A stretch of 64,000 nucleotides of DNA from Carcharhinus amblyrhynchos (GCA_965287045.1 OZ336885.1:65968001-66032000), one strand, 5' to 3'. Positions 39,700 through 53,759 are shown, counted from the stretch's first letter. Numbers and translations: made by a program. Notes: a model not told the origin generated them from the letters alone.

Positions 39700-42160
39700 A
39701 GAACAGAGAACAAAGAAAATTGCAGCGTTCGGCCTCCCGCGCCTGCAACAATCATGCTGCCCGGCTGATCAGAAAATCGGTCTCGTCCCGGAGAACATAT
39801 CCCTCTATTCCCATCCGATTCATGTTTTTGTCAGGACGCCCTTTAACATTCACTACCACATCTGCTCCCACCGCTTCCCCCTGCAGCGAATTCCAGGCAT
39901 CCGCCGGCCTCTGTGTAAACAACTTGCCTCATAAATCTAATTTAAACCTTGCCCCTCGCACTTTAAACCATTGCCCCCCCCCCACCCCATTCCCCACCCC
40001 TCCTTCCTGTAATTGACTCTTCCACCCGGTCAAAAAAACTTCTGACTACCCAATCTATCAGGCAGCCACACAACCCTCGTCGTCATAGAACAAACCAATT
40101 TATCCTGACATCTCCCCATAGCTGATGCCCTCCATACTCGGGAACATGCTGGTATGTATTTTCCGTACCCTATCAAAAGCCTCCATATCGTTCTGGTAGT
40201 TTGGCGAGCCGAATTCAACACTACATTCCAAGTGCAGCCAAAATGAGTTCATACAAAGCCGTAACATGTGTCGCGAAGTTTTGATCTCAATATCCCGGCC
40301 AATGAAGACAAGCATGTCGTATGCTTCATTGACTACCTTAGTCATGCGTGTTTCCACCTTCAGAGACCTGTGTACCTCTGCAAATACACCTCTATGTCTA
40401 TTAATACTCTTAAGGGTTCCCACTCTCTTCTATTAACGAAAGAGTTACATGTACATCTTGGCAGCTCACCGCAGATATTGTGCAACCTTACATCTGCACC
40501 AGTCTGCCATGAGGGATCTTGTCAACCGCGTTACTAATATCCATGTCCACAACATCCACTACTCTACCCTCATCAATCACCTTCTTCATTTCTTCGAAAA
40601 ACTCCATTAAGTTAGGGAAACAACGAAAAACCATGTTGCCTCCCATTCATATGTCCACTTATTTCCAAGTGGGGGAGTGAATCCTGTCTCGAAGGATCTT
40701 CTCATGTTACTTCCCTATGCTGACATAACCTTCACCGGCCTCTACTTACCTGGATTGTCCTGCTATCCGTCTTCAGCAAAGGAACAACATTGGCTGTACT
40801 CCAATCATCAGGGGCTTCCTCTGTAGCTAGTTAGGAAATATTAAGTTCTCTCAAGGCCCCCGCAACTACGTTCCTTGCGTATTTCAGTTTCTAGGGTATA
40901 TCGTATCAGGCCCTGGGGACTTGTCTACATTCATCTTTCTCAAGAACCTCAGTACCTCCTCCGTTTCAATCTTAACATAACCCGACCTCACCACCCAACC
41001 TCGCACAGGCTCAGCATCCACCAAGCCCTTAGCTTTGTTGAATATCGATGCCAAATACTCATCTGATAGCGCAACCATTTCCTCTGGCTCCATGCATAGA
41101 TTCCCACCAATGCCCTTCTTTAGGCCAACGCTCTTCTTCGCTACCTTCTTGCATTTATATAAGAATCCTTGGGATTTTCCTTAGTCCCTCGTGCCCGATG
41201 ATTTTTCATGATACCGTTAAGCCCTCCTTAATCATTGCTTAAGTGTATTTCTACATTCGTTGCATTCTGTATTTGATTCTTGTGTTGTCAACCTCTTCGC
41301 TTTGACAGGTGCTTTCCTTCTCTCTTTGACTAGTCCCGCAATAACTTTCATTGTCCGTGATTCTGGAAACGTGTCATATATTTCCTTCATCCTTATAGAT
41401 GCGTGCCTACACTGAATCCCTATCAACATAGACTTGAAAGCGCCCCTCATCTGAGATGTTGATTTGCTCTCAAGCATCTACACCAATCCACATTCTTCAG
41501 TTCCTGCCTAATATTGGTCTGCTTTGCCGCCTGTCAATTTCACACATTCACTTGAGGACTGACTTATCTTTATCCATCAGTGCCTAAAAGCTTACTGAAT
41601 TTTGGTCATACTTCCCGAACTGATCCTCTATTAACATCTCGACGACTTGGCCGGGCTCATTTCCCAGTTCAAGGTCCAATGTGGTCCGTTCCCTAGGTGG
41701 ACTATCTACATATTTTTTCAGGAAGTCCTTCTGGATGCTCCTTACAATTTTGCCTCATCCGTGACTCTAGCACTAATTGAGTCTCAGTCGACATTGAAGA
41801 ATTTAATATCTCTCACAACGGCAAATCTGTTACTTCTACTCTTCGCCAAAATCTGCCTCATATCCGTTCCCCTATTTCCTGCTGACTGTTGGGAGGCCGA
41901 CAGTAAACCGCAAACATTGCGACTGCACCCCTCCTATTCCAGGGCTTTACACATATTACTTTGCTGTATGAGCTCTCCGACGTGTCATCTCGTAGTACAG
42001 AAATGACGTCCTCCTGAACAAGTATTGCCACTCCCCCAACGGTTTGACACCCCCCTCGATCCTGCTTGAAGCATCTGCATCCTTGGACGTTAAGCTACCA
42101 ATCATACCCTTCCCTTTACCAAATCACTGTAGTAGCGACAACATCATAAAATAAAGTAAT
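39700..42160 (-). mobile_element. Long degenerate CR1 LINE (RT to endonuclease region)
   Basis: Minus ORFs VHRSLKV...AYDMLVFIGRDIE...HLECSVEFGSP and EYLASIF...NVDKSPGPDTIYPR. Confidence 0.9.
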
Positions 42161-44195
42161 ATCAAGCGAGGTTGAATGGTTCACAAACGAGGCTGACTGT
42201 CTTGCCAAGAGGAAAAAGGAAGTGTATGTAAGGAAGAAGAAGAAAAAGAACAAGGGTCAGTTGGGCCGCTTGAGGGTTACGTGGTAGCTAGGAATGAGTT
42301 AAAATGGCTTAGGAGAGCTAGAAGTGGGCATGGGAATTCCTTGGCGCGTCAGTTGAAGGAAAACCGCAAGACTTTTTACTCTTATGTGAGAAATAAAAGA
42401 ATGACAAGGGTGAGGTTAGGCTCAGTGAATGATAATAGTGGGAACTTGTGCATGGAGTCAGAAGAGAGAGCCGAGGTGTTGAATGAATACTTTTCCTCAG
42501 TGTTCACTGAAGAAGGTGACCATGCTTTGAGGATGAGTGCATAGTACAGGCTGATAGAATGGAGGTGGTAGATGTTCTGAGGGAAGATGTGTTCGTAATT
42601 TTGAAAAAAAACTGAGAGTCGATAAGTCCCCTAGGCCAGATGGGATGCATCCTAAGATACTTCGGGGGAGGGGGGGGGGCAAGGAATGTGAGCCTTTAGC
42701 TTTGATCTTTGGGTCTTCACTATCCACGGGGATTGTGCCAGAGGACTGCAGAGTGGTGAATGCTGTTCCTCTCTTCAAGAAAGGAAATAGGAATGACCCA
42801 AATAATTATAGGACAGTTAGTCTTACTTCAGTGGCCGGTAAGTTAATGGAAAGGGCCCTGAGAGATAAGATTCATGACCATTTGGAATGATGTAGTTTAA
42901 TATGGGATAATCAGCATGGTTTCGCGAGGGGTCTAAGTCCTGCCTCATATATGTGATTGAATTATTTAAGGAAGTACCTAAATGTGCAGACTAAGGTAGA
43001 ACAATTGATGTTGTATATATGGATTTTAGTATGGTGTTTGATAAGTTCACTCATGGTGGGCTCATGAAGAAAGTGAGGAGGTGTGGGAAAGCAGGAAATT
43101 TCGCCGATTGGATAAGTCACTGGCTGTCTCATAGAATACAAAGCGTGGTTGTGGAGGGAAAATTTTCAGACTGGAGGCCAGTTACCAGCGATTTACCATA
43201 GGCATCAGAGCTGGGTCCTCTGCTAAAAGTGATCCTTATCAATGACTGGAAGAGGGGGGTAACTGGTGGGTAAGTTGATTTGCTGATGACACCAAGATTG
43301 GTGGAGTAGTGGATAAGGTAGGCGGCTCTTGTAGGATTCGAAGAGTCATTGATAAGATGCAGGGCTGGGCAGAAAATTGGCAGATAGAGTTTTACCCTGA
43401 CAAGTGCGAGGTGATTCATTTTGATAGGACAATTTTAATGAGAATTACTGGGTCAAAGCTGGTCTAAGGAATGTGGAGGAACAGATAGATCTTGGGGTCC
43501 ATATCCACAGATCTCTGAAGGTTGCCACTCAAGTGGGTAGAGCCGTGAAGACGGCTTATAGTATGTTAGTGATTATTAAGAGTGGGTTTGAGTTTAAGAG
43601 CCATGCAGTTATGCTGCAACTATAGAGGACCTTGGTGAGACCACATTTGAAATACTGTGTTCAGGTCTGGTCATCTCACTGTAAGAAGGATATGGAAACA
43701 TTGGAGGGAGTGCAGATGAGATATACCAGAATGCTGTATGTTTTGGAGTGTAGGCCTTATCTGGAAACGGTTAAGGGAGCTGTCTTTTTTTTTTCTTTCT
43801 CTCTCTTCAGAACGGTGGACGATGAGAGGCGACGTAATCGAGGTTTATACGATGGTCAGGGGGATAGATAGAGTGGATGTTCAGAGACTATTTCCTCGGG
43901 TGGATGTAACTGTTGCTAGGGGGCATAACTATAAGGTTTATGGTGGGAGATATAGGAGAGATGCCCGTGGTAGATTCTTTACTCAGAGATTGGTTGGTGT
44001 GTGGAATGGACTCTTTGCTGTGATAGTGGAGTCGGACACTTTAACAAGTTTCAAGCGTTATTGTATAGGCGCATGGAGCACACCATAATGACAGGGAGTG
44101 GGATAGCTTAATCTTGGGTTTGGGCATAGCTCGGCACAACATCGGGGTCCGAATGATCTGTGCTGAGCTGGACTGTTCTATGTTGTATGTTCTAT
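42161..44195 (+). mobile_element. 5'-truncated CR1 LINE nested in the minus-strand CR1
   Basis: ORF remnants LNEYFSSVFT, PLALIF..SLSTGIVPED..NAVPLFKKG..DPNNYRTVSLTS, VRPHLKYCVQVWS, FFTQRLVGVWN; ttctatgttgtatgttcta tail. Confidence 0.95.
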
Positions 44196-44564
44196 AATAA
44201 TCCAATGTCTCAATTCATCTGCATTACCGTTACACTCTTGCATTAAAACAAATGTACTGCAGTCCACAAGTCCCTCTTTCATTGCTAACCATACCCTGCT
44301 AGATATTTCACAGAGTGTTACCAGCGCTGGCCCTACTCTCTAGTTCCCCTTTAGTTAAATCACCTTTGGTTTTGCTCCCATCCCCTGCCAAACTAATTTC
44401 AATCTTCCAGTGTCACACTAAAAAACTTCTCGGCCAGAATGTTTATGCCCTTCCAGTTTAGATACAACACATTCGTATTGTACAGGTCCCTTATGCCCGA
44501 GAAGAGATCCCGGTGACGCAGATATCTGAACCCAACCCCTCCCCCCCCACCAAATAAAAACCCC

Positions 44565-44628
<64 letters not shown>

Positions 44629-44960
44629 ACCTGCCACCTGTTTAGCTACTGCTGGAATTGTACGATTTATCTATTTCTAGCTTCATTGACAAGTGGTACA
44701 GAGAGTAATCCTGAGGTTACAACCCTATAGATCCTGTTTTCATCTTTCTCTCTAAACCTGTAAACTGCTGCTACAGTATGTAGTCACTCTTCCTCCCTAC
44801 GTCGTTAATTCCGATATGTACCACGACTTGTGGTTGTTCAGCCTCTAACTTTAAAATGCTTTCTGCCTATTCAGAACATCCGGCACCCTGGCACCATTTG
44901 ATACACGTCCCATCCTGGAGTCTCTTACATGTCCATGAAGCGCGTTTTTGTACCCAGGAA
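44196..44960 (-). mobile_element. Continuation of interrupted CR1 (endonuclease start/ORF1 region)
   Basis: Sequence resumes aataatccaatg...gttacactcttgcattaaaacaaatg as in the uninterrupted copy at 57215-57300. Confidence 0.75.
44566..44627. repeat. (CA)n microsatellite
   Basis: Seen directly. Confidence 0.99.
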
Positions 44961-45158
44961 AACGTGCCTAAATTTACAGAGTTTCGACTACAAACGGCTT
45001 GATTGGCAAACAACGCATTAATATTATGGAACATGTAGGCGGCACCGGAATTTTGGGCAGCCTGGCTGCCTTCCTTTGTGAACGAGTCGAACATAAAATA
45101 CAATGTGTTACAAAAAGTTGATGCATTCTAATCTCAAAAATAATGTATGCGCTTTCAG

Positions 45159-45194
45159 AAAGGAACAAACTGCTGATGCGCCTCATCGATGCAG
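45159..45194 (+). CDS. 36-nt phase-1 exon, ERNKLLMRLIDA
   Basis: tgtatgcgctttcag|...GCAG|gtgcgt. Confidence 0.7.
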
Positions 45195-45449
45195 GTGCGT
45201 AGATGAACTCACAGTTAACTTGTCGACATGTTGCGAATTTGGTTGTACCATAATTGCCTGTTGATTTTACCTTTCAATCATATTAATTCTTATGAAATCG
45301 TTATTACTCTGCACAACTATCTCATAGTTGGTTATTGTCTTCTTTACAAACACCCTAGCGTTTAACCAGGAAAAAAAAAGTGCCTTTACAATTACATGTT
45401 ATTGGCATTCTTGCACTTAACGTTTCATATCAAAAAAAGAGAACCGCAT

Positions 45450-45730
45450 TTATGCTCAGCGGTGAGCACTGCTGCCTCAAAGCACCAGATATCCAAGTTC
45501 GATTCCAACCTTTGGTCACTGTCGGTGCGAAGCTTGCATGTATTCCCTGTGTCTCAATGGATTTCCTCCGGTTTCATACCATTGTCAATGTGCAGGTGAG
45601 ATGAATTGGACATTTTAAATTATCCATCAATACAGCCGTACAGGTGCCAAAGTGTTGAATTCGGGTATTTTCAAAGTAACTTAATTGCAGAGCGAATGTT
45701 AACCTATTTTTGACTTATAGATAAACGTTA
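45450..45730 (+). mobile_element. Degenerate HE1/V-SINE-like element
   Basis: gctcagcggtgagcactgctgcctc (A box), gttcgattcc (B box), gatttcctccggttt core. Confidence 0.75.
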
Positions 45731-46231
45731 AATTTAAATAATTCTCCTTCTTTCACCTCAGTATAGATTTTGGTCAGAAATAATTTCGCGTCTTTTCCGT
45801 TACGTTTTCTTGTCCTGTAGTGCAGGTTAGATTGTGCTTGTGGTTAGGACGAATGTCCTGAATTAATAAAATTCATTTCAAGATAATACGTAGCGGCGAA
45901 ATTTGTGCAGTCTGAGTTGTTCTTTCATTTGCCTAATGGATTATCCTGACATGCTATGTCGGCATTTAAGATCATATTACACCCTTTCAAGAAAGAAAAT
46001 ATCATCTTATTGATACAACGTAGTACAGTATTAAACAAGGGTCGTGAAATGTTTTATGTTGACAAATGCACTTGTGTTGCATGACAAATTATTCATTTGT
46101 ATGTAATGCTCATACTGTTTGATATTGTAGCGGTTATGCAACGACCAATGCAAAGCAGGGATTGAAACTCATTGTTTACCTCGAAATAATATGACACTGC
46201 CCCAATGCTATTTTTGTTTCTACAATTACAG

Positions 46232-46258
46232 AAGATAAATTGAAGGCCTGTCAAAATG
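46232..46258 (+). CDS. 27-nt phase-1 exon, EDKLKACQN
   Basis: tttctacaattacag|...AATG|gtaagc; only phase-1 frame open. Confidence 0.78.
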
Positions 46259-46350
46259 GTAAGCAAAGCCTCCCTCAGACACAGTAACACTTGAAAACAC
46301 TTGTTCTGTTTTTCGGATAACTTTTGAATTCTTATTGTTTGTAATCTCAG

Positions 46351-46377
46351 AGCTGAAAGCCTGCAAAACAAGTGGCC
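46351..46377 (+). CDS. 27-nt phase-1 exon, ELKACKTSG
   Basis: tgtttgtaatctcag|...GGCC|gtgagt; 92-nt intron; repeats LKAC of the previous exon. Confidence 0.78.
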
Positions 46378-47961
46378 GTGAGTGCATGACTATTGTTCTG
46401 TAAGTTCACTGAGAAAGGCATAGGCATTACTTACCTGAAAATAAATGATTGCTCCCTCTTCAGGCAAATACACAGATTGCTACTGGAAAAGCAATACTAT
46501 AAAGTGTATGCAAAAGATTGTGGGAAGTTAATCAAAATGATTACATAAATCGAGAGAAATGCGCAATTACTTGACGACATTCACAATTCTCCAGACACGC
46601 TTTTGCCTGTTGATGTGCCTCTAATGTTCCATCGGCATTTATCTGCTTTGCAAATTCAGCACGAAAGCACTGTTCGCTTTTCTTCATGTAAAATGTTGCT
46701 GATCTGAATCAACTTCTGAATGATACAGGTGAATAGTAATGTTGGCTACAAAAGAGCTGCCAGGCAAATGAGTTGGTGTTATCTCTTTTAGAATTAAGTT
46801 ATTTAATGTAATTCCAAGGATCATAACTCTCTTTAAAAGAAACTGAAAATGTGGCCCAACCAGCCAACTGTTCACAGAGCAAAATAATCGATAACATATT
46901 CAGTCAATTCGGCATATTCTAACTTGACTTTGGACATGGAAATGCTTCTGAATGCTAACTTTAAAAAAAATCGATCTTACATGAACAGCTCATGCAAACG
47001 TAATGGTGAAACATTTTGATCTTAAAAAAAAACAAAACAATACATTCTTTAAAGCAAATACCACAAATGTTTAAATAATAAAAAAAAACTTTCTTTTTGG
47101 GGTACACGTGTCATTCATGTAAGCATGCAGTGGAGACATTGGAATAAGTAAGCTGTAATCAAACACGAAAAATGATATGAAGCAACTATTTTGCTCTATC
47201 TATAACTAGAGGTACAATAATAATTCTGAGAAGCGAGGCGAATGTCGTTTACAGAAGTATCCCTTCCGCCAAAAACTCGGATAGTTAGGGTGAGTGAATA
47301 TAAACCAATTGATAAAACAGTTTGGACTTGGGCTCAGAACCCGTATTGTGTCAGAAAGGATTGTGTTGTAAGTTCACGACATAAGCGAGGGATATACAAT
47401 CTCAGCAGCGAGAATTTGCAGCACTGAGGGAGTGTTAGATGAATCTTCATGATGATTTTCAATTGGTTCTGAACTAATAATGCCCTCCGCTTTGCTAATG
47501 GGTGCAGAACAAATGTTGCGATCTTCAGAACAGATGATTATTGTTGTACTTTCTTTCCGGGAAAAGTAGTTTGCTTTTGGGATGTTGAACTCAAAGACAG
47601 TGCGTGATTAAAGGTTGGTTCCTTCTTACATGTGTCGTATTTGGTTAAGCCAAATAAGGAATACATTGGAGAATATGTGTTCAAGTGACTGTCGCATTTA
47701 TGAGTGTGGTGGAGGTCACTTTGAGTGCTTTGCAAAACAAGCTTACACTTGACGAGCAAGCGAAAATTAACTGTTCCTGAATGGACCGGGAATCCATAGG
47801 CGAATTTCGTGATAGACCAGCCCTTGAATTGCAAGCAACCTAGTCTGAATCATGGACATTTACGACAATTCGATATGAAAAAGAGGCAACTTAATTAGAA
47901 ACAAAAGGAAGATAGTGAGATGGAGTTTTGAACTGAAGGAAATGGTACTTAAAATGTTGTT

Positions 47962-48480
47962 GATTTGATTTTGATTTGATTTGATTTTACATTGTCACAT
48001 GTATTAACCCAAAGTGAAAAGTATTGTTTCTGGCACGCTATACAGACACAACATAGCAATCCTAGCGAGAGAGTGCAGAATGTAGTGTTACATAGCTAGG
48101 GTGCAGAGAAAGATCAACTTAGTGCAAAGTCAATTGACTCAAAAGTCTAACAGCAGCAAGAAAGAAGCGTTTCTTGAGTCGGTTGGGACGTGACCTCAGA
48201 CGTTTTTATACTTTTCCCGAAGGAAGAAGGTGAAGAGATAATGTCCAGGGCCGTAGGCTCCTTAAGTATACGGGCTGCTTTGCCGAGGCAGCAGAAAGTG
48301 TTGACAAAGCAAATGGATGGGAGATTGGTTTCCGTGATGGTTTGGGCTACAGTCACGAGTTTTGTAGTTCCTTGCGGCCTTTGGCAGAACAGAAGTCATG
48401 AAAAGTTTGATACAACCAGAAAGGATGCTTTCTAAGGTGCATCTGCAAAAAAAAACGTTGGTGGGAGTCGTAGCTAACAT
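47962..48480 (-). mobile_element. Rex1/Babar-like LINE 3' fragment
   Basis: Same family as 35095; minus ORF FCRCTLESILSGCI. Confidence 0.78.
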
Positions 48481-48511
48481 GATGTTAGAGGAAAATGGCA
48501 ATGCTGAGAAA

Positions 48512-49122
48512 TGTAACGATGAAAGTGAAGGGTTTTGCCTGCCGCGCAGTCTGCTTTAACCCTAATGCAGTGGACAAATAACTTCGAGTAGAGGTCTTAT
48601 TAGTACAACCAACATTTATTTAAACCCACACAATTAATAATCACCCGACTAACAATGTTATCTTACAGAAAATACTAGAATTCAAGTCCAATGCCACAAC
48701 TTGACTTGCAATTGCGTGAGTGACAAGTGCCCAAGCAGATATTGACCTTTACCTGTACATCGTTATCAGTCATTCTCTGCACAGTCTGGCCCTTCGATGT
48801 GGCCTGGCACTCTGGCTCTGGTGTCCCTTCCTTTCTTCTCGGGTGTGGTTGCTCTCATCGTGCTGCTCGTCTCTGGCAATGGTCACCATTGTTGTAGCTC
48901 GTTCTTGGGGCCAGAGAGAGAGAGAGATAGTCCTTGTTGTGCAGCATCCCTTATACTCCATTGGGTTTCATGCCCCATTTGGCCACTGCCAATTATTCGA
49001 TCAGGACATGATTCCCGTGATCGATAAGAGCCCAATCACGCACTGTCACGCCGATCTCCGGGTGTTCCACAACGGCCATGTCTGTAGTTGTTGGGGGTAC
49101 ATAGGTCACATACCTCCCCCCT
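48512..49122 (-). mobile_element. 3' LTR (~600 bp, 49110 to 48512) of an LTR retroelement with adjacent polypurine tract
   Basis: Minus strand reads AGGGGGGAGGTA then TGTGACC...GTTACA; internal TATAAGG (~48950) and AATAAA (~48620) in the expected order. Confidence 0.8.
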
Positions 49123-51868
49123 AAATAACGGGTCATGGAGCCCTTATGACTGGTACACAACCCAGTGTTAACAGAAAGAGCCTTTTATTCTGGAGATGGA
49201 ACAACCCAGTGTGACAATGACGTCTCTTTCACCTTGGGGATCATCCATATCCTGTATATTCACTCGTCTGGGTTGCAGCCTGTTTGTCTCTGTCTTTAAA
49301 CTGCAGCCTGCCGTTTTAGTTCTTGCCCAATTGCCCCAGAGCGTTTTACAAATCGCCATTTTCTATCGCCCTTCTGTCCACAGGAGGAATTAACACGTGA
49401 TTCAGCAAACCCCTATTCGGGATAGTTTTAAATGCATTCAAGAAATTCCAAGGTTTTTCGCGAAGGAAAGATAATTCTATTTCATTCCTATCGACAAAGT
49501 AGTTGAAAAAATAAGTTGTAACTTAAGTGACAGAAGGCTTATTAAGAGCTTGAAAATAAAACACGACTGCGTATGAACTAGTTCCAGAAGCCTAGAGTCT
49601 GAATATGAAAAGTCTGAGGGAGGAACCACGTCAGACGTACATAGATTTTGAACACATGAATAAACTGACATTGATAGGTGGGAACGATCCGTAAAATATC
49701 TGGAATGATACATCGTTATTTTTGGAGGCATCTAAAAATCACTTCACCAAATAAAGAAAACGCAACTTAAAATATGAATGGTGCGCACTGTAGAATCGGC
49801 AGCGAAAAGGCCGATGCTTTCAAATTAGTTTGTAAAATAAAGTTTGGATTCGGACGTAAATTTCAATCTGTAAATGATCAAACTGGTAAAAAAAAACAAA
49901 CATATGGTCAACGAAAATGAGTTTTCCTCGGATATATGTTTGCCTCATGAAGAAAAGTGAATGTGGAAAAGATTTACGAGGGTTACTTTTTCTTTTCATT
50001 GCAACTCAATTGGACACACTCGTTGGGGCCAAACAGTACCGAAGGAGTACACGTGGATTCTAGCAACTTCACTGCGGCTATAAAGTCAAATTATTCAGTT
50101 GGAAGGCTGCATTGGGAAGGCGGGGCAAGCAAGTTGTATTACCGAATTGGATTTACTTAAATAGTTTGAAGTAACTTTATCAGAAGGGGTGAAAGACCTT
50201 TCGGCTATTATGACATCAGATACGTAGCAGCAGTTTAAACTTACGCGACTTGAAATGAAAAAAAAATGAGCCAAAAGCATTCGAAAGTCCACTCCACAAT
50301 CTATCAATATTATCGATCTGGTTGTGCTTGTTAACTGTATTGAAAATGTCACTTGATCTTAGGTGGACAATTGTTTCTTTGGAATTGAGACTGTGTTAAG
50401 TTAACAATTTAAATTGATACATTTCATTTTCTTCAAACCATTGTTCGACTGTTACAATTTGTGATGCTTCATTCTAGAGTCATAGAAGTTTAGAGGGTGG
50501 AAACAGGCCCTTCGGCCCAAATTGTCCTCGCTGCCCTTTTGTTTCAACCTTTAAGCTAATTTTCTTAGAGATTCTTAAACTGTTTAACGAATAAAGCTTG
50601 TCTTGATAAAATATTTAGAATTTATTTTCGCAGTTTCTGTTGGTTTAACCATGCCATCGTCTCTATGTTAGCAACAAACTGGATGCCCAATCTGGCTGAA
50701 AAATATATCTGGGGCCCAGGACCCTCACCTATAGGTAGCTGAAAAGGGCAAAATGCCCAAACACGCGGTGAACGTTTGTTTCTGCTTCGTTGCCCGTTTG
50801 TTTTTTTTTTAAGCACAGTTCCGGTAATATTCAACTAAACTTGGTCCCGATTACAAATGTTAGAAATGTTCGAATTATTGACGCCGGCGCCCAGGGATAT
50901 TTGCTTGGTGCTGATGATGTTGCCTTGCTACATTCAAGCATGGACTATGGTCCAGACACAAGTTTGTAGCATTTCCGGCTATAATAATGATGTAAACAAA
51001 CGTTTTACAGTCGCCCCGAAAAGGAACAGAAAAAAAAAACTGTCTGATTCTCCATTATAGTGCTGTTGGTGAACAAAATCGAGGGTGTCACTGCGCTCTC
51101 ATAACGCTATCACTTTTTTTCAATAATAAAACGAGAGCATATCTGCTGAAGGCAATATTTTGCCAATCATTGGAGTTTTCCACTGCATATGACCAATGTA
51201 ATTTACGAACGCTCATTAGATTTTTTACTACTTCTGCATTGTTTTCTTATCTGATTCATGATGTTCGTTTATATACACTCATTTTAATTAATTTTAATAC
51301 GAAGACAATGTGCATAAGATTGTTTGAATTTCCCCCCGTTTTGACGTTCGAATTAATGGACGGACAATTTGAAATCGCAGTATTGAGGCTCAAGAATTTG
51401 GGGAAAAAAAATCAGATCGTCCATCGGCAAGCAGGTGTTTTTCAAATAATAAAACATTGTCTGAAGTTGAAACGTGCGCTGATTACACGAACAACACAGC
51501 ATTTTCTGCATATTTATTTTTGCATGACCTTGGATCCATAGAATAACTAGCGTGCCGAAGTAGGCTGATCCGTCCCAATAACCTGCAAAGACTCTCTCTA
51601 AGAGCTTTGCAACCAGCATCCACCCCCAGCGTGCCTCCATCCTTGTCCCGTCTTGGACTCCTGCTCTTTTCTATGCATTTTCCTTGTTCAATCCCTCTAA
51701 CCATTTTTGAACTAAGTGCAAATTGAATGACAGGATTCTCCACGGCAAACATGTTTTATTTTTGACTGCGTGGACAACAGATGTGTTTCTCTCGAAAATT
51801 TGAAATCGCAGTTCTCCAGTTTTTTTTTATCTATAATGTTTCTAATTATTTCACACTTGTTTCCCTAG

Positions 51869-51895
51869 AAACTGACCTGATTAAATGCCAATTGG
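51869..51895 (+). CDS. 27-nt phase-1 exon, (Q/E)TDLIKCQL
   Basis: cttgtttccctag|...TTGG|gtaact; only phase-1 frame open; shares L-x-x-C-Q with exon 46232. Confidence 0.68.
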
Positions 51896-52046
51896 GTAAC
51901 TATTTTATTTTGAGTATTTTCTACATCAAGATACGGTAGTACATATCAACAATACACCATTTTTATGTGCATAGCAATGTTGCGATAGAGGAATGAATTT
52001 CACTCCTTTACGAAACATCAACTCAAAAAAAGGAGAAAGTTATAAG

Positions 52047-52345
52047 CGGCATTGTGGTGCATCGGTTAGCACTGTTGCCACACAATGCCAGGGTTCAAGG
52101 TTCAATTCCTGGCTTGGGTCACTGTCTGTGTGACGTTTACAATTTGTTTGCGTGGATTGCCTCCGGGTGCTCCGGTTTCCTGCCACAGACCGAAGATATG
52201 TGGGTTAGGTTAATCGGGCATGCTAAATTGCTCCTTAGTGTCAGGGGGACTGGCAGAGTGAATAGGGTTACGGGGATAGGACCTGTATGGGATCATGGTC
52301 GCCGTAGAATCGATGGGTCGAATGGCCTCCTCTGTACTTTGGGGA
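52047..52345 (+). mobile_element. HE1-type tRNA-derived V-SINE
   Basis: ggttagcactgttgcc A box, ggttcaattcc B box, cctccgggtgctccggtttcc central domain, LINE-like 3' tail. Confidence 0.9.
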
Positions 52346-53759
52346 TTTTATGTTTCCACGATGTGAAGTGGGCCCTCCTCCCCTCCGGTGGACAGTGCCG
52401 TACTTGATTTAACAACAATCGTTACAAATTCCATGATAGTTCTGACAAGCATGTACAACAATCTGTTTTTTTTTTCCAAATTTTGATTTTTTTCTTTGTG
52501 CAAAATACTTTTCAGATATGCAAGAAATACTGTGCATTGTTATGCGTTAGATTTGCTTAGTATGCATCAAATTTTGATTACATTTCTGCTCAATTATTGG
52601 ATCCCGTAGAAGGGAAATTATTTCAGCAGTATGAATGATATTGTCATGTGTAATAGGATGACGGTTGCAATTAGATAATCGCTCAGCATTTTATTACAAT
52701 CGTATTTCTAACAATCAGTTTAATGTTCCCATATAAGCAAACGATGAACAGATTACGTTAATCATGATCTTCCTTCTGAATCTAAAGTTGAAGAGACTAA
52801 AACGTTCGAAATGTATGATAAGGACAGATATAATTCGAATAGTGATCTGAATTCCCATAATAATTGCAGATATAGCGGGGCAAATTTGAATAAGTCTACT
52901 TTAATTGAAGATAACACTCGAGGCACTAAATAACTCAAATGTGACGGCAATTGAGAACTTTCCGGCATCATTATTGAAGACCACTCCTCCAGACTTAGCT
53001 GTAACATTAGGCAAGTTTATTTTTTTCCCTCGTATCCGGAACATTAGAAGACTTTGTGGAGAATAATTATGACATTTCAGTGGGAAAAAAAACGCATCCC
53101 AAACTATAACACAATTGTTTAATTCTCGGTTCTCAGCAATTTGATGGGGACTTTCATAAACTCTACTAAGAGTAATCATTTATTAAATAATAATCAACCG
53201 ACTGACATTGAGTTGCATCTTCCAGGGGCCAATAATGTTATCATTGTCCAAACAAGGAGAAAAAGAGCTGAATCCAAGAGTTCTGTTGAAAAGCGTTCAC
53301 GCTAACAACCCCAAAATTGACTGTTTCTCAACTCAACCATGCATCGAAAATCATACATCTATGGAGCCCAGTTGTAAAGTTTTACTTTGACTGGAGCAAT
53401 TCATGGCACAAACTAAGTACGTAGAGATGATTGAGATTGCTACAAGTCATTCTGAATTGCCTCCACACATCCCTTGTTGACAATCCTCTTCGAAATGGTT
53501 AGATCCAAACAACATCAGCTCTTTCATCAACGAATCCCTGTGAGTCCCAAGTTGAAAATGCGGTTTGTTGCAGAATATTCAAAACGCCTCACCATTGCTG
53601 AGATGTTAAGCGATCTAAGACTCTTTGAGGAAGGGTTGGACTGTATTTCGACGTGAACTGGAAAGGGAAAGTTTAATATTTATGTCATATATGTCTGACA
53701 TAAATGATTACCTCCAAGAAGAGCGCATCTATCGATTTACCGATATTCATCACGTTGCA

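Noticed and set aside
46426-46447. Minus-strand ttttcag|gtaagt resembling a recursive splice site
   Set aside because: No minus-strand gene evident; single occurrence
50634-50740. Acceptor followed by YIWGPG, J-segment-like
   Set aside because: Not WGxGT, no RSS, frame incompatible with neighbouring exons
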